A stretch of DNA of 63,722 nt, filler included, from Globobulimina sp. (taxonomy: Eukaryota): the NCBI GenBank assembly GCA_003354225.1. It is 27 parts of 27 records of this genome, joined end to end, with 100 filler letters (N's around TTAATTAATTAA, not from the genome) between each part and the next. Parts side by side here need not be neighbours in the genome. Positions count along the whole stretch, not along the records: positions 1 to 2,266 come from PIVH01007774.1; positions 2,367 to 4,631 come from PIVH01007775.1; positions 4,732 to 6,996 come from PIVH01007776.1; positions 7,097 to 9,361 come from PIVH01007777.1; positions 9,462 to 11,726 come from PIVH01007778.1; positions 11,827 to 14,091 come from PIVH01007779.1; 21 more parts are not named here. One strand, given 5' to 3'. This document shows positions 1-12,409 of the stretch, piece after piece. Below the pieces are notes generated by a model that had not been told where the DNA came from, did not search any database, and worked only from the letters and a program-made list of their open reading frames with translations. A program made the translations under genes and the position numbers. The stretch's first letter is position 1. Every line of letters begins with the position of its first letter.

Positions 1-650
1 CATGCATTGAAATCAATAACTCCTTGAATTGGATTATTAGAAACATCAACCTGCCTCACAGCGAATGGCATGCCAAATGTTTCATGATTTAACTGTTTAA
101 ACTTATTATCAGCAATTGATAATTTACAAGTACTATGAAATAAAAACTTTTGCAATGAATCCAAATTATTGCCTTTTAATTCAACATCGGAGAATGCTGA
201 AATTTCAAATACATGGTCAGCTATTTCCAAATATTGTAACACGTCTTGATTTAAACACGTTTTATTGTTTAATTTTAAGAAAGCGTATCGAGAACACATT
301 TTAATTGTTTCTCTAATAATTGAACCGATCATGTTTGAATATGTTGCTTTGATTTGTTTTTTTAAATTCTGATCAAAATTTAATCTTTTTGCGGTCCGTG
401 CAATTGTACCATTTTGTTTTTCTTCGCTCATAAATGCATTTATTAATCGTGCGTACTCTTGTTGTTGTAATGTATTATTTACAGTTTCTAAATCTCTTTG
501 TTTCAGTACAGACTCTGCCACTTTTCTAAAACGAATGTTTTCAGGATTTAAATATTTGTCTACTAATTCAGTGGATGTTAACCATTGATAGATGTGACTT
601 AATAAATCATTTGAAGCTATTACTCTGCTCTGGTTACTGCAGGTACTCAT
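1..650 (-). CDS. Partial ORF running off the window start: possible F-box-like N-terminus plus LRR-like C-terminus
   Basis: Read by hand from ATG at 650 (MSTCSNQSRVIASNDLLSHIYQWL...KLSIADNKFKQL...VRQVDVSNNPIQGVIDF) with no stop before base 1, so it is absent from the ORF track. Confidence 0.55.
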   Translation of the reverse strand, partial: MSTCSNQSRVIASNDLLSHIYQWLTSTELVDKYLNPENIRFRKVAESVLKQRDLETVNNTLQQQEYARLINAFMSEEKQNGTIARTAKRLNFDQNLKKQIKATYSNMIGSIIRETIKMCSRYAFLKLNNKTCLNQDVLQYLEIADHVFEISAFSDVELKGNNLDSLQKFLFHSTCKLSIADNKFKQLNHETFGMPFAVRQVDVSNNPIQGVIDFNA

Positions 651-883
651 TGATAGAATGTTTAAAATCATTATAATAATACATTGGGTTAACATTGGAA
701 TGAATGAGTATAGGTTCCACTTTTTAATGTGTGATTCGGTTTAAACTTTACGTCAAAAGTAAGTTAAAGATTTAAAGTGCGAATTTGCATTGTAAAATAA
801 TTTAATGTTTGGCAGCTGCATCTAACAAGTTTTAACTAAATCCTCTAACAAGTTTTGTTTTGGACTAAATGCTCTAGTTTTTG

Positions 884-1886
884 ATGTCAACTAATCCAGA
901 CAATAGTTATCAAGGGTTACAACCAGGTGTGGAAGGAGAAGAAGCTCCGCCACCAGCTTTCAATCCAGACGCAGTAAATCCATCAGATTATTCATCACAT
1001 ATTGCAGCACCAACATACGGTACCATACCAACTCATGACCAACCACAGCAACTCCCACCATCTCAACCACCTCAATACATTCAGCCACCAGTATCTCAAC
1101 CACCAATTGCAATGCGCCAACCGAACATTCAATATGTAAACCAATACGGCCAACCTATACAAAACCCAGCTGTCTTTATAGTGCCACAACAACAGCAACC
1201 ACAACAACCTCTTGTTGCAGCAGTACCGTACAAACCATTCAACGATTATAAAAATCCAACAAAACAAGATAGAAAAAGACGATTTGTTGCTGCTGTTCTT
1301 GGCATAGTATCCTGTATTTTATTAGTTTTGTTACGTTTAGATTGTTACGTTTATATTGCACATAATTGATATTAAATTTAAACAAAAGATATCAGCGATG
1401 GGCTCACATAGATTGGCATCGGGTACAATTGATGGATATGATTGTGATTGCAATGTTTTATTTGTTCATACAAATGATCCCAACGTAGTGAATGCGTATG
1501 TGTATTATAGTGATTTTTGTTTGAATTTTGATAACGATGTCGAGTGGGAAAATTGGGATGATACAACATCGTCAGATTGGTGTGATACGTGGAGAGGAGC
1601 CCTCTTATGGATATTTTGTGTTGTATGTGGATGTTTAATGTCATGTTTAGCAACGTGTTGGGTCCAACCATTATGCACTATGCACCGATGTTGCTGTCCT
1701 ATAACATGTCCGAGAGTATTTTATGCATTTGGCTTAGTGTTGTGTGTTTTGGGCAATGTAGTATGGCCGATCAGTGATAAAGTGTGTCTTCCAAACGATG
1801 CGTTGGGATTACAAATGGGAACATCGATTAATTTTGTTTGGGGAACATGCGTTGTTATATTTGTTGCCTTGTTTTGTGCGAAATAA
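884..1886 (+). CDS. Pro/Gln-rich N-terminus plus about 4 TM Cys-rich membrane protein (claudin-like topology), one intron
   Basis: ORFs 881-1369 and 1356-1886 are joinable through a GT..AAAG intron ending near 1388; four hydrophobic segments. Confidence 0.65.
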
Positions 1887-2018
1887 CACATTGTTATAAA
1901 CAACATTGATACCAATAAGTTATCTCATCTCCATCGGGATTTTCTTGATCTGGTTGTGTAATATGTTTAGTGTTTTGAAGATTTAGAATCTCTACTAAAA
2001 AAAACCTTACACCCAATC

Positions 2019-2156
2019 ATGCTTTACGTTTTGTTGGCGCTTATTCATTTGACTGTTTCCAGTGTCTTAGAAAGACCAGAGCATCACAACCATGCATGGA
2101 AACGATTAAATAGAGCAGATTTATCTGGTGGAATCGATTTAATATTTGCATTAATA
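2019..2156 (+). CDS. Signal peptide plus start of a sedolisin (S53/TPP1-like) prodomain, fragment
   Basis: WKRLNRADLSGGIDLIFAL resembles the TPP1 prodomain start W..LGRADP...L.L.FAL. Confidence 0.5.
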
Positions 2157-2266
2157 GTATATTATTCATATGCAACTTTTTCGTTGTCGAGGCAGAGTAA
2201 CGTTTCCGAAAACACAGTTTTTGGCCGAGGGGGCTCCGGGGGGTGGTGGGTGGGGAGCCCCCAAGG

Positions 2267-2366
2267 NNNNNNNNNNNNNNNNNNNNNNNNNNNNNNNNNN
2301 NNNNNNNNNNTTAATTAATTAANNNNNNNNNNNNNNNNNNNNNNNNNNNNNNNNNNNNNNNNNNNN
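2267..2366. other. Artificial contig spacer N44-TTAATTAATTAA-N44; first of 26 identical spacers recurring about every 2.36 kb
   Basis: Identical 100-nt block containing stops in all six frames; flanking contigs decrease steadily in length and have unrelated content. Confidence 0.99.
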
Positions 2367-2389
2367 TCGATATAAAAAATGCATCCCAA

Positions 2390-2890
2390 ATGGAAGTTCG
2401 TTGTTATTCCCCAAATGCCTGTGATTCAATACATATCTATTCAGATTCCGATAATATTACTTTTAAATTTTACAATTATAATAAATATGTTTCCATTTAT
2501 GTTCCAACTCTGTTCATTGTCGACAATTTGGATTGTAATCCGTTGGATGCTTACTTACGTTTAGATGGCACTGGATTTATATCATTGGAGCAGTCTGCAA
2601 TGGATTTATTTGGTGGCAGTCTCCCATGCGACGGGATTACATATTCTTTCACTGAAACAGAAAAAGTGAAATGTGAAGTACGTTATTCCTTCAATAACCA
2701 TCTAAGTATATTAGATTATTTATATGATTTAATTTCATGTTTTTCCCAATATGGATTTCTGAATTTACTGCTTATGATTGTTATGGAACATTACCACCAA
2801 CACACGACCCAACCAAAGACCCCACCGTAGACCCAACAACTGATCCAACCTCAGACCCAACAGCCGATCCAACCTCAGATCCAACAGCCA
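2390..2890 (+). CDS. Fragment of a surface protein ending in a Thr/Pro/Asp stalk (PTxDPT repeats)
   Basis: Reads TAYDCYGTLPPTHDPTKDPTVDPTTDPTSDPTADPTSDPTA after a probable intron. Confidence 0.5.
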
Positions 2891-4231
2891 TACATTCCCA
2901 TTCACTCTCTGTTTGATTATCGATATCCAATGTGGATACACTACAATTGCCACTAAAATCCTCTGTACAATAAATAATTGGTTGATATCCGCTCTCTGGA
3001 ATACAATTAGCTGAACAATAAATATTAATATCATTTAGGAGAGCCAAGTCTGCAAAGAATTGACGCCTCCATCCATAAACAAGTTGCAATTATTTGTATT
3101 GCCATATAATCCATCATTTGGGCAATAAATTATTGATTGCGTCATAACCTGATAATCATTCGCGAATACATATATATATACAGAATTGATGACAATGAAG
3201 CGTTGATTTGAGCGGCCATACAGCCTTGAAACACAGAGCAGGTGATATTGCAAATTGCATTATTTGGGCAATTGATATTCACTCCAACCATATTACCTTC
3301 ATCTCCACCTCCAGCAATGGTTAAACCTCTCGTTTCTTCTACATCTTTAATGGAATATATTTCTTTATCCATATTAGTAATAAATAAATGTCATTACTTA
3401 ACTTATTATTGTATCATAACACGAACCATAGCCATTGCATATAACATTCAAAGCTGATGCATTGTCTCCATCTTTGTTTTATAATAAAAAAAATATAAAC
3501 TGTTCTTCAATGTGTACATTAATGGATTTTTTTAACTTATTGTTGCCTCATAACATGCCCCATCCCAATCACACAAAATATTGAAAGCTGATGCATTGCC
3601 TCCATCTTTAATTTGTTTTATAATAAAAACTAGAAAATCTGTTCTTCGATCAACATAAATGGAGTTTTTTAACTTATTGTTGCATCATAACATGCATAGT
3701 TCACACCACACAAAATATTGAAAGCTGCTGCATTGCCTCCATCTTTCATGGAATACATTTCTTTATCCATATTAGTACATAAATAAATGTCATTGCTTAA
3801 CTTATTTGTGAATAAGCACACGCCGCATCTGCATTGCATATAACATTCAAAGCTGATGCACTGCCTCCATCTTTGTTTTATAATAAAAACTAGAAAATTG
3901 GTTCTTCGATCAACATAAATGGAATTTTTTAACTTATTGTTGCAACATAACATGCATAGTCTCCATCACACAAAATATTGAAAGCTGCTGAATTGCCGCC
4001 ATCTTTGTTTTATAATAAAAAAATATAAACTGTTCTTCAATGTGTACATTAATGGAAATTTTTAATTTAACTTATTGTTGCCAGATAACACGCAGCGTAG
4101 CCAGCACACCAAATATTGCATTCTTCATCATCTAAGCAAACTAGATTTTGATTTTGACAGATATAGCCCACACATGATATATTGTAACAATATGCCCCTT
4201 TCACCAGCTGCAGCACTAAGAATAGCACCAT
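2890..4231 (-). CDS. Secreted Cys-rich repeat protein containing five tandem 69-nt exons
   Basis: ATG at 4231 with signal peptide MVLFLVLQLVKGAYC; repeat exons 3934-4002, 3802-3870, 3674-3742, 3537-3605 and 3403-3471 separated by phase-1 GTTAA..AAG introns; frame disruptions downstream. Confidence 0.75.
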
Positions 4232-4882
4232 TATATATACAATATTCACCAATAAATGCTTTGAAAATAACAAAAATATCGCAACGACAAAACAAAACAA
4301 AACTAAATTATCAATAATTTCAAAGTTAGACAATAAAATGCCAGCATCTTCTTCCTCTTCATCGATATTACGTGTTTGCCATGAATCTGTATCAAAATTA
4401 TCAACATTATCTAAATACATTTCTTGTCCACTCACTTGATAAGGATATAAATTCTTTGATAATATACGCTCAGTCTCATTCATATCCGGCGCAATAAACC
4501 CGTTCATCACCGACTTATACGTACTATATACAATGACACTGATCAATATACTCCAGAGACAAATGCTCCATTTACCACCACCACGATACCAACATTTCTC
4601 GCACGGATCGTTCTTATTCACCGCTCCGTATNNNNNNNNNNNNNNNNNNNNNNNNNNNNNNNNNNNNNNNNNNNNTTAATTAATTAANNNNNNNNNNNNN
4701 NNNNNNNNNNNNNNNNNNNNNNNNNNNNNNNGATTACAAAGTAGCAAATAAATTGCTGTAAAGCAAGTCACACTGTACCAGTGAGACATTGCCATGTAAG
4801 CTTACTCAAAAAAAGTTTTCACTTTGCATGTGTGCACTTTGACTAGCTCGAGTCGAAAATGTGACATTTTTCTTAAACAAAC

Positions 4883-6071
4883 CTGATCCGAATCATACAC
4901 AGACACAATATTCCCAATCTGTCGTATAGCAGCTTGATATTGCGAGGGAGTGTCCCCATAAATATAATGCAACGATTGATAATCATTAGGATGGCCATTG
5001 CTTCCCGTAAAATCTATGGCGACCATCAACGCCATGTCCACTGCGCCTTGCATATAATCCAAAAACGAGTTCCGTGGTTTGGACGCATACCGCAACACAT
5101 TGAATACGCCGTACTTCTTTTTTTTCTTCTTCTTTTTGTTTGGCGAATCGCGTTTAATTTCCATCTGTTTGGGTTTGCCGGATAGCTCAGATAAATTGGT
5201 CTCGACCTTACCGATGTAATCATCGCCGCCGTCATTGTCCCAGTCGTACAATAAAATTAATATCGGGCGGAATTCGTCATTGTTGCATAATGTTTGGGAC
5301 TCAATTTCGAAGGGCTTCCATGTGGGATTTAGCGTTTTGCGGATATTATCCTCTCGATTGCCATACACTGTGATCCATTTCCCATCTTCGCGAGCACGTT
5401 GCAGCAAAAAATAAGGATCGGCTTTGCCAAAAATACCATCCATTTTCGGCAAATTATTGCATGAAAACTGCATAGTTATCATTTGATTGCCACTTTGGTT
5501 CACTTGTTCCACCGTTGCGATTAAACTCGAATATTTTTTCGTTTTCTTGTTGCGCAATGCACGGCCTTTATGCATCAATTTTTTGGCCATTATACAGCCT
5601 GTTACGTATATAAGAAATGTGTTTTTGGTGTTGTTATCCTCGCACATAGGCAAATTACTGTATATATGCATATATTTCGGTACCTGGTTCGTGGACAATT
5701 GTGCCGATGCCCATGGTGCACGAACCTAAGATGTCATGGTCTTTCAAGCGAGAGGAGGCCTTTTTATCTTCATCGAAGACGTCGAAACGTAGTATTTGTT
5801 CCTCTTCGAAAAAATAGTCTAAACGAAATTGTTTGGTGAATTTCGGGAAATGATTGTCATAAATGACCTCGGTTCGACCTATTTCCATCCACTGCTTGGT
5901 TTTTGCGTCTTTTATGGAAACAACCACAAAAGGGTCGGATTTACTGGAATTGTCTTTTTTAATTAGGTCTTTACATGCGATGAAGAGTTCGATTCGTTGT
6001 TTTAAGACTGGAGTCAGTGCTTGTTGTTTTTGCTCTGGATTGTATTGTAAGACTTTCTTCGGAAGAGCCAT
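4883..6071 (-). CDS. Copine (C2-C2-vWA), 3'-partial
   Basis: Motifs KSDPFVVV, GRTEVI, YFFEEEQ, KADPYF and VAIDFTGSNG; intron 5599-5683; next intron donor at 4882. Confidence 0.95.
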
Positions 6072-6131
6072 TGTTTCGAAAGGTAGAGTTTTGGTTAGAT
6101 GGAGAAATAAACAAAGTCTGCACTGGAATAA

Positions 6132-6996
6132 ATGGATTCTTTCAAAACAAAACAAAAACAATTGTTGGTGGGTTTGATGGAAAACAAAACGTTATGTGAT
6201 GCCACCATCATTGTAGGGCCAGAAAAGAAAGAGATGTATGCTGTACGAGCATTATTAGCAATGATTTCACCTGTTTTTCAAGCACAATTATTTGGTGAAT
6301 TCAAAGAGTCGAAAGTATCCGAGCCAATTACATATCCAACTATTGAACCGAACATATTTAAATGTATTATTTTAACATCGATGGGATTAGATCCTGAAGT
6401 TGACTCTTTGGATGTTTTAGCATTAATTAAAGCAGCTGATATGTTACAAATAGATTTTCTCAAAGATGAATGTATACAAAATCGAATTACCAAAGATAAT
6501 GTGCTTCATATCTTACATGTTGCGTATATTACAAACTATTTAAATGTTGAATTATATAAACAATGCATGTATGTCATTATGAAAAATTCGAAACAGATCG
6601 TATCTGAACCAAATGATGCGTTTTTATCAATTCATCCGGATTTACTTGCACATCTCTTGCAATCTTACTATTTCTGTGCAAAGGAGGAAGATATTTGGAA
6701 TGTTTGCGTGAAATGGGCCAAAAATATTCATGACAAAGGATTACAATTTGATTACAATTCAATTTTACCAACATGGTCAATATTTGTACCAAAATTAGAT
6801 GAGCTTAAACAAGCTGAGCATAAACAATGTGAACATAGACAAGATGATAAATTAAGATCTGTACCAGAATTGTTATCATTTATTGTAAGATTCATACGAT
6901 TCCCTTTGATGGATAAAACGTTTTTTGTTGATCATGTAATGCTATTCTTAAACCAAATGCAGACACAAGAAATGCTGGTTCATTATTTGTTGAAAC
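6132..6996 (+). CDS. BTB/POZ-BACK domain protein, 3'-partial
   Basis: DATIIVG..RALLAMISPVFQAQLFG; EEDIWNVCVKW; IRFPLM. Confidence 0.9.
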
Positions 6997-7183
6997 NNNN
7001 NNNNNNNNNNNNNNNNNNNNNNNNNNNNNNNNNNNNNNNNTTAATTAATTAANNNNNNNNNNNNNNNNNNNNNNNNNNNNNNNNNNNNNNNNNNNNTGCA
7101 GCTTATTGATAATAATGGAATTAAAATAATAGATTTTATGCCGTTGAATGGATTTAATTTATCTCGTTATATAATCCATCTTT

Positions 7184-8146
7184 TTAATTCCGATACAGCC
7201 GCCGTAGTACGTACCTTAATTTCAGTGGGATTTGTTGGATTTGTGTAGATAAAAAGTGAATAGATTTTCTATTCCGAGCAAAATTAAATGAAAAGATCAA
7301 CGATGACATGGCATATATTGCTGGTAAATAAGAGATTATATTGACATTATAACAGCATATTATTAATGAGAATAACATTGTATTCAAAATGAGTGATATC
7401 AACGATATATATCCCATTATTTTTACTGATGATAACATGTCATCATTTACTATGGCTAAGGCTTTACGCTCTGGATCGCAGAACGCATTATATCGACTTA
7501 TTAAAATCCGATAAAACTGGGCAACACAAAATATATTATACGCAGAGTGCGTGATGATAAGCAGAGGAAATGTCCAATATATCCAATGGAATTGAATTAT
7601 GCATAAAATCAGAAAAAACAAGAAATAAATGGAATAATATTGCGAGAGACGCGAAGGAGAATAGGTTCGTAACATTGAACACTGTCTTATTGTCCAATAA
7701 CGATAGAAATTCAATAAACTTTCCCATAAATTTAATATTGCTATGCAATACAGAGTGATCCAATCGGTCCACGTATAATGATGGCGCATAGAACATGAAT
7801 CATTAATAATTGAATATGAATAGTTGTGGTATTTTGATATGATAACAAAGGTCAATGACAATAAAAAAAAAAGATAAAATAAAAATGAAACTGGAAAGAA
7901 ATTCCAATCGGTATCCTTTGATTGTATACAATTTAATGTGTTGAAACAATGTTTGAATTTGGCGCATAATTGCTTAGTACATGGTTCTTTGTACGATTTG
8001 CTGAATGTACTCGATGCACTCTGTATGTGTTTACATTTATTCTTTCGTTTTACCGCTATCTCAAAATGATTCTTAAAATGAATGTACCCACATATTAATA
8101 ACACAGTTATTGGACACACAAATAATATCAATATAAAGGACAGCAT
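7184..8146 (-). CDS. Multi-pass membrane protein (about 7 TM, GPCR-like topology)
   Basis: 320-aa ORF with 7-8 hydrophobic segments. Confidence 0.6.
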   Translation of the reverse strand: MLSFILILFVCPITVLLICGYIHFKNHFEIAVKRKNKCKHIQSASSTFSKSYKEPCTKQLCAKFKHCFNTLNCIQSKDTDWNFFPVSFLFYLFFLLSLTFVIISKYHNYSYSIINDSCSMRHHYTWTDWITLYCIAILNLWESLLNFYRYWTIRQCSMLRTYSPSRLSQYYSIYFLFFLILCIIQFHWIYWTFPLLIITHSAYNIFCVAQFYRILISRYNAFCDPERKALAIVNDDMLSSVKIMGYISLISLILNTMLFSLIICCYNVNIISYLPAIYAMSSLIFSFNFARNRKSIHFLSTQIQQIPLKLRYVLRRLYRN

Positions 8147-8612
8147 AATTAGTGACGACTGAATTGAAGTAGTGTGATTGTGGAAAATTAAGATTGTTTT
8201 TATTATATATATGTCTGTTGATTACTTTATAGGACCTGTTTGAAACACATGTTGTGATGAGATCGATGGTCATGCGTTTCCTGTCTAAAGTACAATAAAT
8301 GTACATTTTTTAGAATAGATGTGCTTCAAAAACGTGTTTTGAGCATTAAAAAATAAATAATTTAACTAATTTAATTACAAAAAATGTATATAATATATAA
8401 AAATAAAATAATGCAAACAGATGCTCGACCTGAAAGATCAACTTTTATTCATCAAACAATGCATTATTCTCAATATGCTGTGATATGTAATTTCTTTATT
8501 TTTTATTTTTACCATTAATAATAATAAATTAATAATTATAAATTAATTATTATTACTGCTTTTTAAAAAGAATATTCCATCCCACATCGCATATTATATG
8601 TTGTATATGTTA

Positions 8613-9257
8613 TTATTTACGCAAATTAATTAAACAATTCGATAAAACACTACTCATATTTTTATAGTTGCTTGCTTGTATTTGATAATACTCGCATACT
8701 GCCTTAACTATGGACGACGCACAATTAATATCCATCGTATGCTCAAATGATCTCATCGCAATACTGTTTTGTTTAATATATTTAAAAAATAAAACAATAA
8801 ATTGATAACTATGCTTGTCACATTTTGTTGTTGATACAATATCGCGCAACAATGCTAAACATATTTGCTTTCGTGTATAATGACAAAAAGGGGTATTTTC
8901 CAACGCTTCAATGTCACAAAAATACTGCGATAACAAAGCAGCCAAAAGTAATTGTATGTACATGTCCATATTTTGTGTGCCACGAATAACAGTGATAACA
9001 CCTAACATTTGCATTGGGTTTAACAATCCATCGGATGTCAAGACCTCCCGTTGCTGCAACGAATTAGTAATTTTATAGATTGTCGCATCACTATTTTCAA
9101 AATTGTATAAACAACACAACACCGCAAAAGGTGTACGAGCCACTGATCCAATGTTCTTGTGCCGTGATGGCGTTTTGTATATATACTTTCCAATCACATT
9201 CGTAATATCTTCACTGACACCATCACTGCCAATATAACTGCAAATCAATCTATTCAC
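8613..9257 (-). CDS. Hypothetical protein
   Basis: 214-aa ORF with no recognised motif. Confidence 0.4.
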   Translation of the reverse strand: MNRLICSYIGSDGVSEDITNVIGKYIYKTPSRHKNIGSVARTPFAVLCCLYNFENSDATIYKITNSLQQREVLTSDGLLNPMQMLGVITVIRGTQNMDMYIQLLLAALLSQYFCDIEALENTPFCHYTRKQICLALLRDIVSTTKCDKHSYQFIVLFFKYIKQNSIAMRSFEHTMDINCASSIVKAVCEYYQIQASNYKNMSSVLSNCLINLRK

Positions 9258-9850
9258 AAATAACAGTACCAGACAGCCCCTATTTTGCGATATCGATGGT
9301 GCCGCATTCTGTACTGATGGACGATACGCTGAATATGCAGATGATGCATTTGGTAATGGAGNNNNNNNNNNNNNNNNNNNNNNNNNNNNNNNNNNNNNNN
9401 NNNNNTTAATTAATTAANNNNNNNNNNNNNNNNNNNNNNNNNNNNNNNNNNNNNNNNNNNNAAAGGGAGTGGAGATAGACGAAGTTGGCTATATTTTGTA
9501 TATTCATCAATCTCATCATCATTAAATATCAAATATCCAAAAATTAAAATATCAATGCAACAAACAAGTGATAGTAACGGTTTTAGAAATGATTTATTAA
9601 TTTTTGACTGTGTGTGATTGTTAATTACTTTCGAACATTTCTTTTTTGAAACTAGAGAGGAAGTGATCATTCAAACTTATTCCTGTTTCAAATTATTGAA
9701 ACAACTGCATTTATCGAGGTTTCAATGTTTGTATGTCCGACAAAATCCGATGATTTCGAAATGATTTTGTCCTTAAAAAAATGATTTAACAACACACTAC
9801 TCGTTAAATATTATAATTAGTAATGGAACAAGTGGGAAATGGATATGTTT

Positions 9851-10340
9851 ACGACAAGTAAATATTAAATCGATATGTTTGATTTTTATCATTTGGATCG
9901 AATGGATACCATTGCGGGTAATCTGTGTATATATTTATTTCATGCAGAAAATCGATATTAAATGTCATTGCATTCAATTATATGCATACTTGTTCCCCAG
10001 AAATTATTCAGCAAAGCAAAGGAAACACCTTTATTTAAATAAAAGCAGATACCGCAGCATCCAATGAATATATTTCCACATTGTTCCGCTGCGAATTAAA
10101 TGCACATTTTACGCAACCATCCGGCGATACACTTTGGAGATGAAATGTGCCATTTGTTGCCACATCATTTGGGTCCACATACTCGCCCGATTTATATGCA
10201 GAGACACTGTCGAAATTCAGATTTGTTTTAAATGCAAACCACATTGTTTCCGGCAACCGAGTGTACGTTTTATTTTCGATCAAGACTTCGATGCCAAATC
10301 CATCACCGATTACATCCGACTGTCTCACATCAAATGTTCA
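9851..10340 (-). pseudogene. C-terminal fragment of a DUF5054-like (putative glycoside hydrolase) protein; frameshifted, one intron
   Basis: KTYTRLPETMWFAF, SLDAAV, then spliced LLNNFWGTNYPQWYPF..YRF; frame break near 10035. Confidence 0.55.
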
Positions 10341-10670
10341 ATCTTCACTGTATAAATCTGCTAAACCATCCCAATTGGATGAAGAATACTCGCCCATCAA
10401 GTTCCTATTTGCTTCTTCCAAATCATCATAAATATCTGTTGTATATTGTTGTCATATCATATGCAATATAATCTGTCTTTTGGTACTATTATTTATATAA
10501 ACATTAAACCTGCTTTTGCAATAAAAACTGAGATAGTAGTAACACAAATAATCGATAAGAAACTGTCCATATTTCGATCCAATTAATGTTGACGCAAACT
10601 AAAGTTTTTCGCTTTACACTGCGCGTACTTTAAACTGTATACACGATTAAAACCGTCGTTGATCGCAAGA

Positions 10671-11726
10671 ATGTCAGCACACTCAAAGAGAAAAAAGGTA
10701 CTCCGATTTATCCCATTGACATACTGTATTTAATAAGTACCGGGTATACAGGCACAACATCCTAATACAAAAATACCTATCACCTACCATCTGTATATTG
10801 AGGACATTGGAGATATACAATTCAGAATAGACATAAATTCAAACAACACATTTAGGACCATATTAAAAAATATATTGCATCAAATATTAAGTCTGTCGCC
10901 TGAGCGAAATGGAATCGAGAAGGCGGCCGCAGATCAATATCATTTAATCGCCAATTCCTTCCCTAAACTCAACAAATCGCAATCGCACCATCCATTATTA
11001 CATTTGACCATTGCGCCAAAAATGATTGAAGCAAATAATACGTTTATTGAGCAATACGCCCAACAATTATGGTCCGCCAATACCCCATCAATTGCATTAA
11101 ATGGCCGTTATTATCGACAGTGTATAAAAGCTCGACTGTATAAAAGCTCGACTGACAATAAAAGCTCGAGTGTCAAAGCATTATACATTTTAGTGTCAAA
11201 GCCATCCTCTTCCAATACCACAAATTCAATGAATACAAATACATCGGATATCGATGATGATGAAAGCTTAAGCCAAGAAAATATAAATTCAAATAACAAT
11301 CGGAATCTGAATCGGAATGATAATCGCAAAAGAAAACCATCCAAACCCAAACCTAAAAAAACAAGAAAAAAGAAAAAACGTAAACAGCGCCGCTATGAAT
11401 CAGACAGTGACTATGAATATTCCTCCACGGATGGAATGAGTCAGGATGAAGATGATGACTTTAAATGTAATATTTATAATGAATTAAGATCCCGTCACGA
11501 TGATAGTGATGATTTTATACCACCGGTCCCTAAAAAACGAAAATTAAATATAAATAATATGAAAAAGAAATTAGTCAAACGCAATCCGTCTGCATCAAGA
11601 CGCCATAATCTACCACCAATATATAATAATAATAATACACGGCGTACCATCTCCAGACATCAACAATTTAAACCACGGCCACGGCCACGAATACCATTGA
11701 GGCGTAATAAAAATAAAGTAAATCGG
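10671..11726 (+). CDS. Low-complexity basic/acidic, probably nuclear protein; 3'-partial, one 5' intron
   Basis: ATG at 10671 splices into the 10875 frame; K/R-rich NLS-like tracts. Confidence 0.55.
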
Positions 11727-11826
11727 NNNNNNNNNNNNNNNNNNNNNNNNNNNNNNNNNNNNNNNNNNNNTTAATTAATTAANNNNNNNNNNNNNNNNNN
11801 NNNNNNNNNNNNNNNNNNNNNNNNNN

Positions 11827-12352
11827 ATTTTAATTTATATGTATCATCATTGGCATATATTGAACAATATGCACAGGCAAACGGTCCGCCTGCAGAATAT
11901 CCCACAATGTGATATGTTTTCAGCTGCAATGTGCCAATTAATTGATAAACATCGTTTGCAAATGATTTAAATGTATAATCTTTTTGATGCGATGATAAAC
12001 CGACACCTGGCCGCTCGACAACAATTAAACGCAGTCCATACGCTTTATTTATTTTGTCATGCGGCTCGAAATTAAATAATCTCGTTCCTGGTGTACCTGT
12101 GCATGTAATATATGTTCAAATACAGCAATCAGAGGTATATATGTTGGCAAATGTACCTGGGAATAATATTACTGTTGCTATACAATTCGTGTCTCCATAT
12201 ATCATATATCCTAATTTTCTGTCATCTTTCAATGTGAGAGTCAGACCAAAATTAGTTTTCGGATAAGCTTTAAAATATATTGACTCGTCTTTGGTGTCTA
12301 AATTGTATTTTTCTTCCTCTGGTACTGCTTCTGTTGACCGGCTTAATCCCAT
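11827..12352 (-). CDS. Alpha/beta hydrolase, 3'-partial, one intron
   Basis: LKDDRKLGY..YGD; spliced FPG|TPGTRL; ERPGVGLS; nucleophile elbow GYSAGG. Confidence 0.85.
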
Positions 12353-12409
12353 GGTTCAGACCGTGAGGATTTTGATTTTAAACCTAAATTAAAAAAAAAC
12401 TTTCTTCTA

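Noticed and set aside
3345-4071. Repeat-spacer pattern resembling CRISPR or a DGR template
   Set aside because: Fully explained as coding exons plus GT-AG introns on the minus strand; no reverse transcriptase nearby.
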